From NCBI GenBank assembly GCA_003248075.1, contig QJYK01000207.1, forward strand, positions 4,603-68,602: a stretch of DNA of 64,000 nucleotides, read 5' to 3'. This document shows, in pieces, positions 47,185-55,525 of this stretch. The notes beneath the pieces are model-generated. The model made no database searches, was not told where the DNA came from, and saw only the letters and a program-made list of their open reading frames with translations. Numbering within the stretch: the first letter of the stretch is position 1; each line of letters starts with the position of its first letter. The DNA is from Gemmatimonadota bacterium (lineage in GTDB: Bacteria > Gemmatimonadota > Gemmatimonadetes > Longimicrobiales > Gaopeijiaceae). A program made the translations under genes and the position numbers.

Positions 47185-48926
47185 GCACCACCACCGGCGC
47201 CCCCGCATCGGGCGCTTTCCGTGTCTGCCCCACCACGGGGCTCAAGGTCCACCGGGATGCCGACGCGCTCATCAAGGCGAACGCGGTAGTCGCCACCGTC
47301 GCGCTCCTGGTCGGCGGGTTGGCAGCGATCCTCGTGCTGCTCACGCGCTGGCAGGCGGTCCACCTCCTGGACGAGGTCTGGTTCTACCGCGTCCTGACCA
47401 TCCACGGGATGAACATGCTCATCTTCTTCATCCTGTTCTTCGAGATGGCGGTCCTGTACTTCGCTTCCGCGGTCCTGCTGAACTCCCGGGTGGCGGCACC
47501 CCGGGTCGGCTGGGTGGCGTTCGCGCTCATGGTCCTGGGCGCGGGCATGGTCGAGTGGACCATGTTTGCGGGAAAGGCGGACGTCCTCTTCACCTCGTAC
47601 GTGCCCCTGCGGGCCCATCCCCTCTTCTACCTGGGTGTGATCCTCTTCGCAGTCGGCGCCCTGGTCGTGGTGAGCATCTTCTTCGCGACCCTCGTCGTGG
47701 CGAAGAACGAGCGCACGTACGAGGGGTCGGTCCCGCTCGTCACGTTCGGCGCAATCACCGCCGCCATCATCGCGGTGATCACGCTGGTGCACGGCGCGGC
47801 GATCTACATCCCTACCTTCCTGTGGTCGTTGGACCTCATGCCCATGGACGCCGAGGTCTACCGCATGGTGTGGTGGGGGCTCGGCCATTCCTCGCAGCAG
47901 ATCAACGTGGCCGCCATGGTGGCGATCTGGTACCTGCTCGGCGCGCTCACCGTAGGTGCCGTCGTGGTGAACGAGAAGATCAGCCGCACGGCCTTCGTGC
48001 TCTACATCCTCTTCATCTCGATGGCGTCGGCCCACCACCTCCTGGTGGATCCCGGCTTCGGCCCGGCCTGGAAGATCGTCAACACGTCGTATTTCATGTA
48101 CATGGCGGTGCTCGCCTCCATGTTGCACGGCTTCACCGTGCCCGCAGGCGTGGAGCTCGGCATGCGGCTCCGGGGGTTCACGCAGGGCGTGTTCGGGTGG
48201 CTGCGGAGGGCGCCCTGGGGTGATCCCGGGTTCAGCGCCCTGGTCCTCTCGGTGGTTGTCTTCGGCTTCGTCGGAGGCATCACCGGCGTGACCTTCGGAA
48301 CCGAGCAGATCAACATCATCGCGCACAACACGCTGCGGATCCCCGGGCACTTTCACGCGACGGTGGTCAGCGGCACCGCGATGGCCTTCATGGGCATCAC
48401 CTATTACGTGATCCCGCTGATCTTCCGTAAGCGCGTGGCCTTCTACGGGATGGCACGGTGGCAGCCCTACGTGTTCGCGGTCGGCATGCTCATCTTCTCC
48501 ATGGCGATGACATTCGCCGGTACGTTCGGCGTTCCGCGCCGCCACTGGGACATCACGTTCACCAACGCGCCGTTCGACGTGGCTTACTCGCCGGCCGTCG
48601 ACCTCATGATCGGCGTGATGGCGGTCGGAGGACTCCTCGCGGCGCTGGGAGGCGGGATGTACATCCTGGTCACCGTGTGGTCGGTCTTCTTCGGCAAGCC
48701 CTTGGGTGAGGACTGCACAGACGCGGCGCTGGCAGGCTCGGTGCCCCCGGGCGTGTATGCACGCCCGTTCCTCGAGCTCCCCGAGGAGGATGTGGCAGTG
48801 GAGGTCCACGGAAGGCTCGGGACCATGCCCGGCACGATGGTCCTCGTGCTCGTGTTCCTGGCGGCTTTCGTGCTCTACTACTTCGCGAACTGGAAGCTGC
48901 TCTCCTTCGTCTGGCGGGTCGGTTGA
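47181..48926 (+). CDS. Heme-copper superfamily subunit I, eNOR-type nitric oxide reductase
   Basis: Six His ligands (H75, H236, H285, H286, H390, H392); helix VI reads GHSSQQIN, with Gln where A- and B-type oxidases have the cross-linked Tyr; PRR motif. Confidence 0.85.
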   Translation: MSTTTGAPASGAFRVCPTTGLKVHRDADALIKANAVVATVALLVGGLAAILVLLTRWQAVHLLDEVWFYRVLTIHGMNMLIFFILFFEMAVLYFASAVLLNSRVAAPRVGWVAFALMVLGAGMVEWTMFAGKADVLFTSYVPLRAHPLFYLGVILFAVGALVVVSIFFATLVVAKNERTYEGSVPLVTFGAITAAIIAVITLVHGAAIYIPTFLWSLDLMPMDAEVYRMVWWGLGHSSQQINVAAMVAIWYLLGALTVGAVVVNEKISRTAFVLYILFISMASAHHLLVDPGFGPAWKIVNTSYFMYMAVLASMLHGFTVPAGVELGMRLRGFTQGVFGWLRRAPWGDPGFSALVLSVVVFGFVGGITGVTFGTEQINIIAHNTLRIPGHFHATVVSGTAMAFMGITYYVIPLIFRKRVAFYGMARWQPYVFAVGMLIFSMAMTFAGTFGVPRRHWDITFTNAPFDVAYSPAVDLMIGVMAVGGLLAALGGGMYILVTVWSVFFGKPLGEDCTDAALAGSVPPGVYARPFLELPEEDVAVEVHGRLGTMPGTMVLVLVFLAAFVLYYFANWKLLSFVWRVG

Positions 48927-49819
48927 CCAGCACGTTGACCAGGGCCGAGCGGTGGGCCCTCACGGCCCTGGGGTTTCTGGTGGCGGTCACAGCGGCGTGG
49001 TGGGCGCTCGCCCTGTGGCCGCTGCCGGACGCGCCGCCGGCGTGGCTGGAGCGGACCCGCGCCGTATGCTTCAACGCGGGCCCGACGGGTCTCCCCGACC
49101 CGTCGGGGTGGATCCTGTTGGTGGGACAGCCGCTGGGGATGCTCGGGACTCTGCTGGCCGGGTGGAAGACCGACGTCCTGTCCGCGCTGCGCGTGCTCGG
49201 GCGGTCGTGGTCAGGGCGTTCCGCCATGGGGACGGTGGCGATCGCGGTCGTGTTCGGCGCGGGGGCGGCCGCTACTCGCGTCGCCACGGCCCGCCAGCCG
49301 TCGGCCGGGCTGACAGATGCGGGGGACGTCCCGCCCACCTACCCGCGCCTCGACCGCCCGATTCCCGACATGTCGGGGCTGGTCGACCAGAAGGGACGGC
49401 CCTTCGAGCCGAGTGCCCTGAGTGGCCGTGCGGCTCTGATCACCTTCGGGTACGGTCATTGCGAGACCGTATGCCCGCTCCTGGTGCGCTCGGCCCTGCA
49501 GGTGCGGGACGGGCTCCTCGACCAGCGCCCCCTGACCGTGGTGACGATCACGCTCGACCCGTGGCGGGACACGCCGTCGCGCCTGCGGGCGATCGCGGAC
49601 ACGTGGGGGCTGGGCGCCGGGGACGTTCTCCTCGGCGGCGACGTCGACGCGGTCGAGGCGGCCCTGGACGCCTGGGACGTGCCACACACCCGGGACGAGC
49701 GGACCGGGGAAGTGATCCATCCCGCCCTGACCTATCTCGTCGAACCGGACGGGACGGTCGCCTACGCGTCGACGGGGGGCCCGAGCCAGCTCCGAGCGCT
49801 AGCGCTCCGGCTCAGGTAG
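48923..49819 (+). CDS. SCO/SenC copper chaperone with N-terminal membrane domain
   Basis: FGYGHCETVCP, ITLDPWRDT, distal His in VIHP; TTGA overlap with subunit I. Confidence 0.9.
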   Translation: MTSTLTRAERWALTALGFLVAVTAAWWALALWPLPDAPPAWLERTRAVCFNAGPTGLPDPSGWILLVGQPLGMLGTLLAGWKTDVLSALRVLGRSWSGRSAMGTVAIAVVFGAGAAATRVATARQPSAGLTDAGDVPPTYPRLDRPIPDMSGLVDQKGRPFEPSALSGRAALITFGYGHCETVCPLLVRSALQVRDGLLDQRPLTVVTITLDPWRDTPSRLRAIADTWGLGAGDVLLGGDVDAVEAALDAWDVPHTRDERTGEVIHPALTYLVEPDGTVAYASTGGPSQLRALALRLR

Positions 49820-49846
49820 CCCGCCGCCCGGCCAGGGGGTCCGGCG

Positions 49847-50812
49847 TTACCGACCGCCCCGCGCCCGATCCCGCTTGTCGCGCGGAATGTCCACCTGCCC
49901 CCCGATCCCCGAGTAGCGGATGCCACCGCTGCCATCCCGGCCCACGCGGAAATCCCCTCGGACGTCGCGTACCGAGATCGAGCCGGAGCCGTCCGAATCG
50001 ATGACCACGTCGCGCTGGACCTCGAAGACCGAGATGGAGCCAGAGCCATCGCGTACGCGAACCGTGCCGAGCACGTCCGTCACGTCCACCTCTCCCGAGC
50101 CGTCCTCGATCTCCACGTCGCCCGAGACACCTCTCACGTCGATCTCCCCCGACGAGTCGTCGATCCAGAGCGGGCCCTCGACCTGCCTCACGAGAATTGA
50201 CCCCGAGGAGTCGTCGATGCGCGTCTCGCCGGTGCCCCCGACCTCCATCGAGCCCGACGAATCGTCGATGTCGACCGCCATGTGCAGCGGCACCTCCACG
50301 ACCAGATCCAGACGGGCGTACTCGTTGTCCCACCCCCGGGACCGATCGGGGTAGTGGGCCGACAAGACCACGTCGCGATCGACCCTCTCCAGCGTGAGCG
50401 TCAGCTCGTCCAGAGCTCGCTCGTCGGAAGCGCAGGCGCGTGCCACCGCCTGCACCCGGGTCAGGCCCTCACGCCCCTGCACGGAGAGCTCGCCCGACCC
50501 TGCCGACAGCCGCAGCCACTCGTCCGCCGAAGCCGCCAAGGCGACCCGCCGCTCCGCCTCGAAGTCGCAGCGGCCGTTTCGCGCCAACACCGAGATGTCG
50601 ACGTCGACGTCGATATCCACCGGGTCCAGCTTCGTGGCCTGCGCGGTCACGTCCAGTCGGGTCGCGCCGTCCGACACCTCGCCCGCGAACAGGCCCATCG
50701 CCCAGCCGCCACCGACGCCGAGCGCGCCGAATCCCAGGAACATCGTCGTCAGCTTCAATCCTCGAATCATCACCCCGATCCTCCCGCGCGATTGGGCCGT
50801 ATCGTCCGTCAT
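49847..50812 (-). CDS. DUF4097/adhesin-like beta-strand repeat protein
   Basis: TM anchor, VVEVP, tandem DSSG/DGSG repeats. The start is 50812 or 50770. Confidence 0.85.
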   Translation of the reverse strand: MTDDTAQSRGRIGVMIRGLKLTTMFLGFGALGVGGGWAMGLFAGEVSDGATRLDVTAQATKLDPVDIDVDVDISVLARNGRCDFEAERRVALAASADEWLRLSAGSGELSVQGREGLTRVQAVARACASDERALDELTLTLERVDRDVVLSAHYPDRSRGWDNEYARLDLVVEVPLHMAVDIDDSSGSMEVGGTGETRIDDSSGSILVRQVEGPLWIDDSSGEIDVRGVSGDVEIEDGSGEVDVTDVLGTVRVRDGSGSISVFEVQRDVVIDSDGSGSISVRDVRGDFRVGRDGSGGIRYSGIGGQVDIPRDKRDRARGGR

Positions 50813-50844
50813 GCCCTTTGGACGGCGGTGCCGGGGGACGGGTT

Positions 50845-50870
50845 GGAACGTGTGCGCCCCCACTGCGGTT
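50845..50870 (+). promoter_or_regulatory. Possible ECF-sigma promoter
   Basis: GGAAC-N18-GTT about 45 nt upstream of the 50915 start. Confidence 0.3.
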
Positions 50871-50914
50871 AAAGGAGGGTTCCGTCGCTCCGTTTGCCCA
50901 GAAAGGGATCCCCC

Positions 50915-51448
50915 ATGACTCGCCTGGCTCCGACGCTCATCCTGGCCGCCCTGGCCGCCGCGCCCGCCTCGCTGCATGCCCAGGCCTCGGCGGATCGGGG
51001 GTGGAAGCCCGCGGAGATCGGCCTGCGGGCGGGATACGACAACAACTCCCAGGGCTCCGTGGTGGGAGCGCAGCTGCACATCCCGCTGCTCCCGTCCGGG
51101 CTGGTCGAGCTGTCTCCGAACGGCGACATCACCTTCTATCGCGGCTTGAAGGACTACCAGGTCGCGATCGATGCCGTTTTCGTCACCGGCGCGCGGCGTG
51201 CCGGGTTCTTCGGCGGCGTCGGCTGGGCGAGGCGCCGCTCGATCTTCAGCGACGGCGAGACCCCCCGCGAGTGGAAGGCGGGTTGGGACCTGGTGGCCGG
51301 GGTGCGCACCGCCGCGGACCCTCGCGCCACCCTTCCTGTCGGCATCCAGCTCGAGATGCGTTGGGTCTTCGTCGACGACGTCTACAAGCCGCAGGTTCTC
51401 ACCTTCGGCGTCAACGTCCCGCTTTGGGGTTGGGGGGGCCGTCGGTAG
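50915..51448 (+). CDS. Small outer-membrane beta-barrel-like protein
   Basis: Signal peptide (SLHA-Q), alternating strands, terminal TFGVNVPLW. Confidence 0.7.
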   Translation: MTRLAPTLILAALAAAPASLHAQASADRGWKPAEIGLRAGYDNNSQGSVVGAQLHIPLLPSGLVELSPNGDITFYRGLKDYQVAIDAVFVTGARRAGFFGGVGWARRRSIFSDGETPREWKAGWDLVAGVRTAADPRATLPVGIQLEMRWVFVDDVYKPQVLTFGVNVPLWGWGGRR

Positions 51449-51459
51449 AGGTCGAGGAC

Positions 51460-52623
51460 ATGGGGACAACCCCACCGCGATGGCCGGCGGTCGCGATCAT
51501 CTTCGTCAACGCGTGCGCGTCCCCCGTCGGTTCCGGCGAGTCCGATCCCCCGAAGGGCGGTGATTACGCCCTCGAGGTCGTCGCACGGGGCCTGGAGGCC
51601 CCGCTGCTGCTCGTGGCCCCTCCGGACGACGCACGGCTCTTCGTGGTCGAGCAGGCCGGGCGGATCAGGATCGTCCGTGGCGGGTCGGTGCTCCAAACCC
51701 CCTACCTGGACCTTACGGACCGGGTGGGCAGCGGCGGTGAGCGGGGGCTTCTCGGCCTCGCGTTCGACCCCGACTTCGACACGACGGGACGGCTCTGGGT
51801 CATGTACACGGACCGCGACGGTGTCTCCACCGTGGAGGAGTTTCGTGACGTCCCCGGAACGGATCGGGCAGACCCGACCTCCGGACAGGTTTACCTCCGT
51901 CTGGCACAGCCGTACGCGAATCACAACGGGGGGCATCTGGCGTTCGGGCTGGACGGTTTCCTGTACGTCGGGCTGGGTGACGGGGGCGGCGGCGGCGACC
52001 CGCTGGGGAGCGGTCAGGACCGATCCACGCTGCTCGGCTCGATCCTTCGCGTGGACCCGCGGAGCGCTCCCGGTCCACCCTGGGCGATCCCGACGTCCAA
52101 CCCGTTCGTGGGCAGTCAGGGCGCTCGGGGGGAGCTCTTCCACTACGGTCTGCGCAACCCCTGGCGATTCTCCTTCGACGGCGTCGACGGCAGGCTGTGG
52201 ATCGCCGACGTCGGTCAGAACCGCTGGGAGGAGGTGGACGCCGTCGCCGTGTCCGAGAGTGGCGTCAACTTCGGTTGGAACCTCATGGAGGGACCGGACT
52301 GCTACGGCGCGACCTCCTGCGACCGCTCCGGCCTGCGGGAGCCCGTTTTCGCATACGACCACGACCTCGGATGCTCCATCACCGGCGGTCATGTCTACCG
52401 CGGAAAGATCCTTGCCGCGCTGGTGGGATGGTACGTGTTCTCCGACTACTGCGCCGGGTGGCTGCGCGCCCTGAAGCCGACCGCGGCGGGCGACGTAGAA
52501 ACCGTCGTGGACCTGGGCGTGCCGCAGGGCGGCCGCGTCACGTCGTTCGGGACGGACGCCGACGGAGAGCTGTACGTGCTCGTGCAGGAGGGGATCGTCT
52601 ACCGGCTCGTGGCCGCCCGGTGA
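51460..52623 (+). CDS. PQQ-dependent sugar dehydrogenase-family lipoprotein
   Basis: VNAC lipobox, GERGLLGLAF, NHNGG, GLRNPWRFSFD, DVGQN, NFGW, SITGG. Confidence 0.92.
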   Translation: MGTTPPRWPAVAIIFVNACASPVGSGESDPPKGGDYALEVVARGLEAPLLLVAPPDDARLFVVEQAGRIRIVRGGSVLQTPYLDLTDRVGSGGERGLLGLAFDPDFDTTGRLWVMYTDRDGVSTVEEFRDVPGTDRADPTSGQVYLRLAQPYANHNGGHLAFGLDGFLYVGLGDGGGGGDPLGSGQDRSTLLGSILRVDPRSAPGPPWAIPTSNPFVGSQGARGELFHYGLRNPWRFSFDGVDGRLWIADVGQNRWEEVDAVAVSESGVNFGWNLMEGPDCYGATSCDRSGLREPVFAYDHDLGCSITGGHVYRGKILAALVGWYVFSDYCAGWLRALKPTAAGDVETVVDLGVPQGGRVTSFGTDADGELYVLVQEGIVYRLVAAR

Positions 52624-52626
52624 CCG

Positions 52627-53451
52627 TCAGGATCGTACGATCCTGATCGCGTTGTCGTCGAGGTCGAAGACCGTGCCCTCCCCCAGGTCCCCGAGTATCC
52701 GCTCCCGGGCCGCCATCGACGGCACCACCAGGTCCACGGACGCCAGGCCGAGAGCGCCCCGGGGAGGCCGGGGGGCTCCGCTCCCGCCCCAGACGTTGAG
52801 CCCGAAATGGTGATGGTACCCGCCGGCCGCCACGAACAGGGCACCGGGATAGTCACGGGTGGTGACCTCGAAGCCCATGCGCCGGACGTAGAAGGCCTCG
52901 GCGGCGGCCAACGTGGACACCCGCAGGTGCACGTGCCCCACCCGTGTGCCCTCGGGCAGGCGCTCGGCCGGCCTCTGCAATCCGGCCACCAGCGTCCCGG
53001 GGTCGAGGGCTTCGGTCGTCATGAACATGCGGCCGTCCGGGAGGCGCCACGCCGACGGGGCCCGGTCCGCGTAAAGCTCGATTCCGTTCCCCTCGAGGTC
53101 CTCCAGGTATACCGCCTCGCTCACGTTGTGGTCTGAGAACCCGGTGAACATCGCTCCCGCCTCGCGGGCACGGAGGGTCAGGGCCCCCAGGTCCCCTCGA
53201 GAAGGCAGGAGGAACGCCACGTGGAAGAGCCCCGTGGATCCGCGCGGCGCCGACGGCGCGCCAGGTGCCGCATGCAGAACCAGGAGGGGCGGCCCGCTCT
53301 CGGTTCCCAGGGCCGCCGTCCCCGAGTCCTCAGCCAGCACGGAAAAGCCCAGGGCCTCCCTGTACCATCGGGCCGCGCCCTCGAGATCGCTCACCCGCAG
53401 GTGGACCGCGCCAAGACGGACATCGGCGGGAAGCACGGGTGGGCGTGTCAT
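52627..53451 (-). CDS. Two-domain VOC protein (CatE-like catechol 2,3-dioxygenase)
   Basis: GLFHVAF, DHNVSEAVYLEDLEGNGIELY, GHVHL, GGYHHHFGLNVW. Confidence 0.9.
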   Translation of the reverse strand: MTRPPVLPADVRLGAVHLRVSDLEGAARWYREALGFSVLAEDSGTAALGTESGPPLLVLHAAPGAPSAPRGSTGLFHVAFLLPSRGDLGALTLRAREAGAMFTGFSDHNVSEAVYLEDLEGNGIELYADRAPSAWRLPDGRMFMTTEALDPGTLVAGLQRPAERLPEGTRVGHVHLRVSTLAAAEAFYVRRMGFEVTTRDYPGALFVAAGGYHHHFGLNVWGGSGAPRPPRGALGLASVDLVVPSMAARERILGDLGEGTVFDLDDNAIRIVRS

Positions 53452-53458
53452 GGCGACC

Positions 53459-54520
53459 TCACGGCCGGACGCCGTGCTCCGATCCCGGCGGCGTGTCCGG
53501 ACGGGCGGTGAGGATCACGAAGTCGGCGAGGTCGCGATGCTCGTCGTCGCTCCACGCGCCCACGTCCGTCACGGGCTGCATCACGACGGTGAGGACGCGG
53601 GTCCCGGGTCGATACTCGATCACCTTCTCCGGGATCCCGGTGTGCCACTGGACGTGGAAGGAGCCCGCGTAGTGGACGACGAGTGCCCCGGGGCGGCGCC
53701 CGAGCGCCTGAGTGATCGATTCGGCCATGGACGCGTCCCACAGAGCCTGCGCGTCCAGAGCGTTGCCGAGGTCGTGTCGTGGGGCTTCCTCACCGGCTTC
53801 CGAGGGGGGCTCAGGCGTGGCAGGGGCCGTCTCGCGTTCACTCCGCACGGAGCCGCTGTCCCCCTTCGGGGCCATCATCTCGGCCATGAGCCGGTTCCAC
53901 TGCCCCGCATACCGCTCCGAGGCGCCCGGATACGGCAGGGGCGGCAGGAATGCCTTGGCGGCCTCCGAGAGATCGTTCAGCGAGGCTGGACCGAGGCGCG
54001 TCACACGGTTCACGTACCGACGCGGTGCGTTCGCCGCGACGACCGGAAGTCGGTGGGCGCGGGCGATCTCCAACATCGGCCGGTAATCCGTATCGTACCG
54101 TTCCCACGGCCTCGAGCTACGCTTGAACTGGTCCTCGGTGATCAGGCCCTGCAGGTACTCGTCCAGCACGTACTGGACGTCCCGCTCGAACATCTCGAGC
54201 GACAGGACCACGGGTCGGCCGGCCTCCGGGCCCGCCAGCGCGCCCAGTCGCTGCGCCGCACGGAGCAGGATCTCCGACTCCACTCTGTGCCCGGTGACGT
54301 CGTCGTGCTCTTCGCCGACGAGGAGCGCGTCGATCCGGTCCACCGCCGCAAGCAGGTCCGCGAAGGAACGGTCCCGCCCGCGGGCGTCGTAGACCCGGAA
54401 GTCGGCGCCCTCCACGGGCCCGCCGGGGAGCTCGGGATGCTGACGCGCCAGGGCGGCCCCGGGAAGGCAGGTGGCGGCAGCCAACACGAGCGTCGAAACC
54501 CTGGCAATCGGTGTCACCAC
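53459..54520 (-). CDS. ChaN-family (heme-uptake-related) exported protein
   Basis: VGEEHDD, LSLEMF, DYRPM, AQALWDASMA, GSFH. Start inferred. Confidence 0.88.
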   Translation of the reverse strand: MVTPIARVSTLVLAAATCLPGAALARQHPELPGGPVEGADFRVYDARGRDRSFADLLAAVDRIDALLVGEEHDDVTGHRVESEILLRAAQRLGALAGPEAGRPVVLSLEMFERDVQYVLDEYLQGLITEDQFKRSSRPWERYDTDYRPMLEIARAHRLPVVAANAPRRYVNRVTRLGPASLNDLSEAAKAFLPPLPYPGASERYAGQWNRLMAEMMAPKGDSGSVRSERETAPATPEPPSEAGEEAPRHDLGNALDAQALWDASMAESITQALGRRPGALVVHYAGSFHVQWHTGIPEKVIEYRPGTRVLTVVMQPVTDVGAWSDDEHRDLADFVILTARPDTPPGSEHGVRP

Positions 54521-54661
54521 AGAATCATCCGCTGCAGATAAGGAACGCGCCCGACCCTCCGGGGAGGGCCGGGCGGAGTCGTCGTCTCCAAGGTAGGGAA
54601 CGTACCCCCCAAGCGCCACGCGCGATCATGAGCGGCCCAGGCGACGCGCTCGCCAGTCCAT

Positions 54662-55504
54662 TCACTCGTCCTCGGACCAGATGAGCCGGAGGAACCGCTC
54701 GGGGGCCTGGAGGAAGTCGCGCATGAGCCGCACCGGCTCCAGCTCGTCGTAGGTCACGGGGCGCACGGGCGGATCGTCGAAGGAGAGAATCTCGGCACCC
54801 GGGATCGCCATGAGCATCGGCGAGTGGGTCGCGATCACGAACTGCGAGCCGGACGCAACGGCGTCCTTCACCATCGCCAGGAAGCCGAGCTGACTCTGCG
54901 GCGACAGGGCGGCTTCGGGCTCGTCGAGGAAGAACAGACCGTCCGGGGCGAGTCGCGACCCGAAGAGGCGAAGAAACGCCTCCCCGTGTGACGCGGCGTC
55001 CGGGTTGTCGCCGTAGCGGCGGGACATGTCCGTCAGGGAAGCGCGGTGCGGTCCCATCGCCAGGCTGCGCGCATAGCCGGAGGCGCCCGCCATCTCACGG
55101 TCGATACGCGCCATCTCCGACTCGTGGTCGGCCCGCGCCCGAGCGATCTGCCTCTGGAACCCGAAGAAGTCCTCGGCTCGCAGGAAGAAGCCACGATGTG
55201 TTCGCCGCCTCCACGAAAGCCGGAAGTGCCGGGCGAGGCGGCGCTGGGCCTCGAGCGTGGGGTCGGCCGAGAGTCGTGTCGAGCCCACCGCCGGTAGGTC
55301 CACGGCGAGCGCGAGCGATTCGAGGAACGTGGACTTTCCGGTTCCGTTCTCTCCGACCAGGAGCGTGACCGACGCCTCCAGATCGATGCCCGCGAAGCCT
55401 CTCAGCGCCGGCACCGAGAACGGGAAGGCGTGGACCTCTTCCGGAGCTTCGTAGCGCACGGCGGCCAGCTGGACGGGCGGCAGGTCCGCGCCCCGCGGTG
55501 CCAC
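54662..55504 (-). CDS. Stand-alone ABC-type/AAA_21 ATPase
   Basis: GENGTGKST, FFLRAE, SHGEAF, LDEPEAALSP, IATHSP. Confidence 0.9.
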   Translation of the reverse strand: MAPRGADLPPVQLAAVRYEAPEEVHAFPFSVPALRGFAGIDLEASVTLLVGENGTGKSTFLESLALAVDLPAVGSTRLSADPTLEAQRRLARHFRLSWRRRTHRGFFLRAEDFFGFQRQIARARADHESEMARIDREMAGASGYARSLAMGPHRASLTDMSRRYGDNPDAASHGEAFLRLFGSRLAPDGLFFLDEPEAALSPQSQLGFLAMVKDAVASGSQFVIATHSPMLMAIPGAEILSFDDPPVRPVTYDELEPVRLMRDFLQAPERFLRLIWSEDE

Positions 55505-55525
55505 GCGCCGGTTCCTGGCGACCCG

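Noticed and set aside
47013..48809. 598-aa antisense ORF, and similar ones at 4193..6028 and 22528..23370
   Set aside because: His/Asp/Glu/Arg-rich mirror translations typical of GC-rich membrane-protein genes.
47181..48926. Calling subunit I a ba3 or cbb3 oxygen reductase
   Set aside because: No HPxVY tyrosine, no CcoN motifs, and the partner is a CuA subunit rather than CcoO.
49900..50290. Periodic GACGA/TCGTC repeats as a possible CRISPR or DNA repeat array
   Set aside because: Degenerate and in-frame; they encode the DSSG/DGSG protein repeats. No cas genes are present.
50440..51459. N-terminal extension of the 727-aa ORF
   Set aside because: Overlaps two better-supported genes; the dehydrogenase starts at 51460 after a GAGG RBS.
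54549..54574. GC hairpin upstream of chaN as an intrinsic terminator
   Set aside because: No U-tract on either side, and such hairpins are common at this GC content.
54662..55504. ATPase as part of an anti-phage defence system
   Set aside because: No adjacent nuclease or TOPRIM partner; it fits the common stand-alone SHGE-type ATPases.
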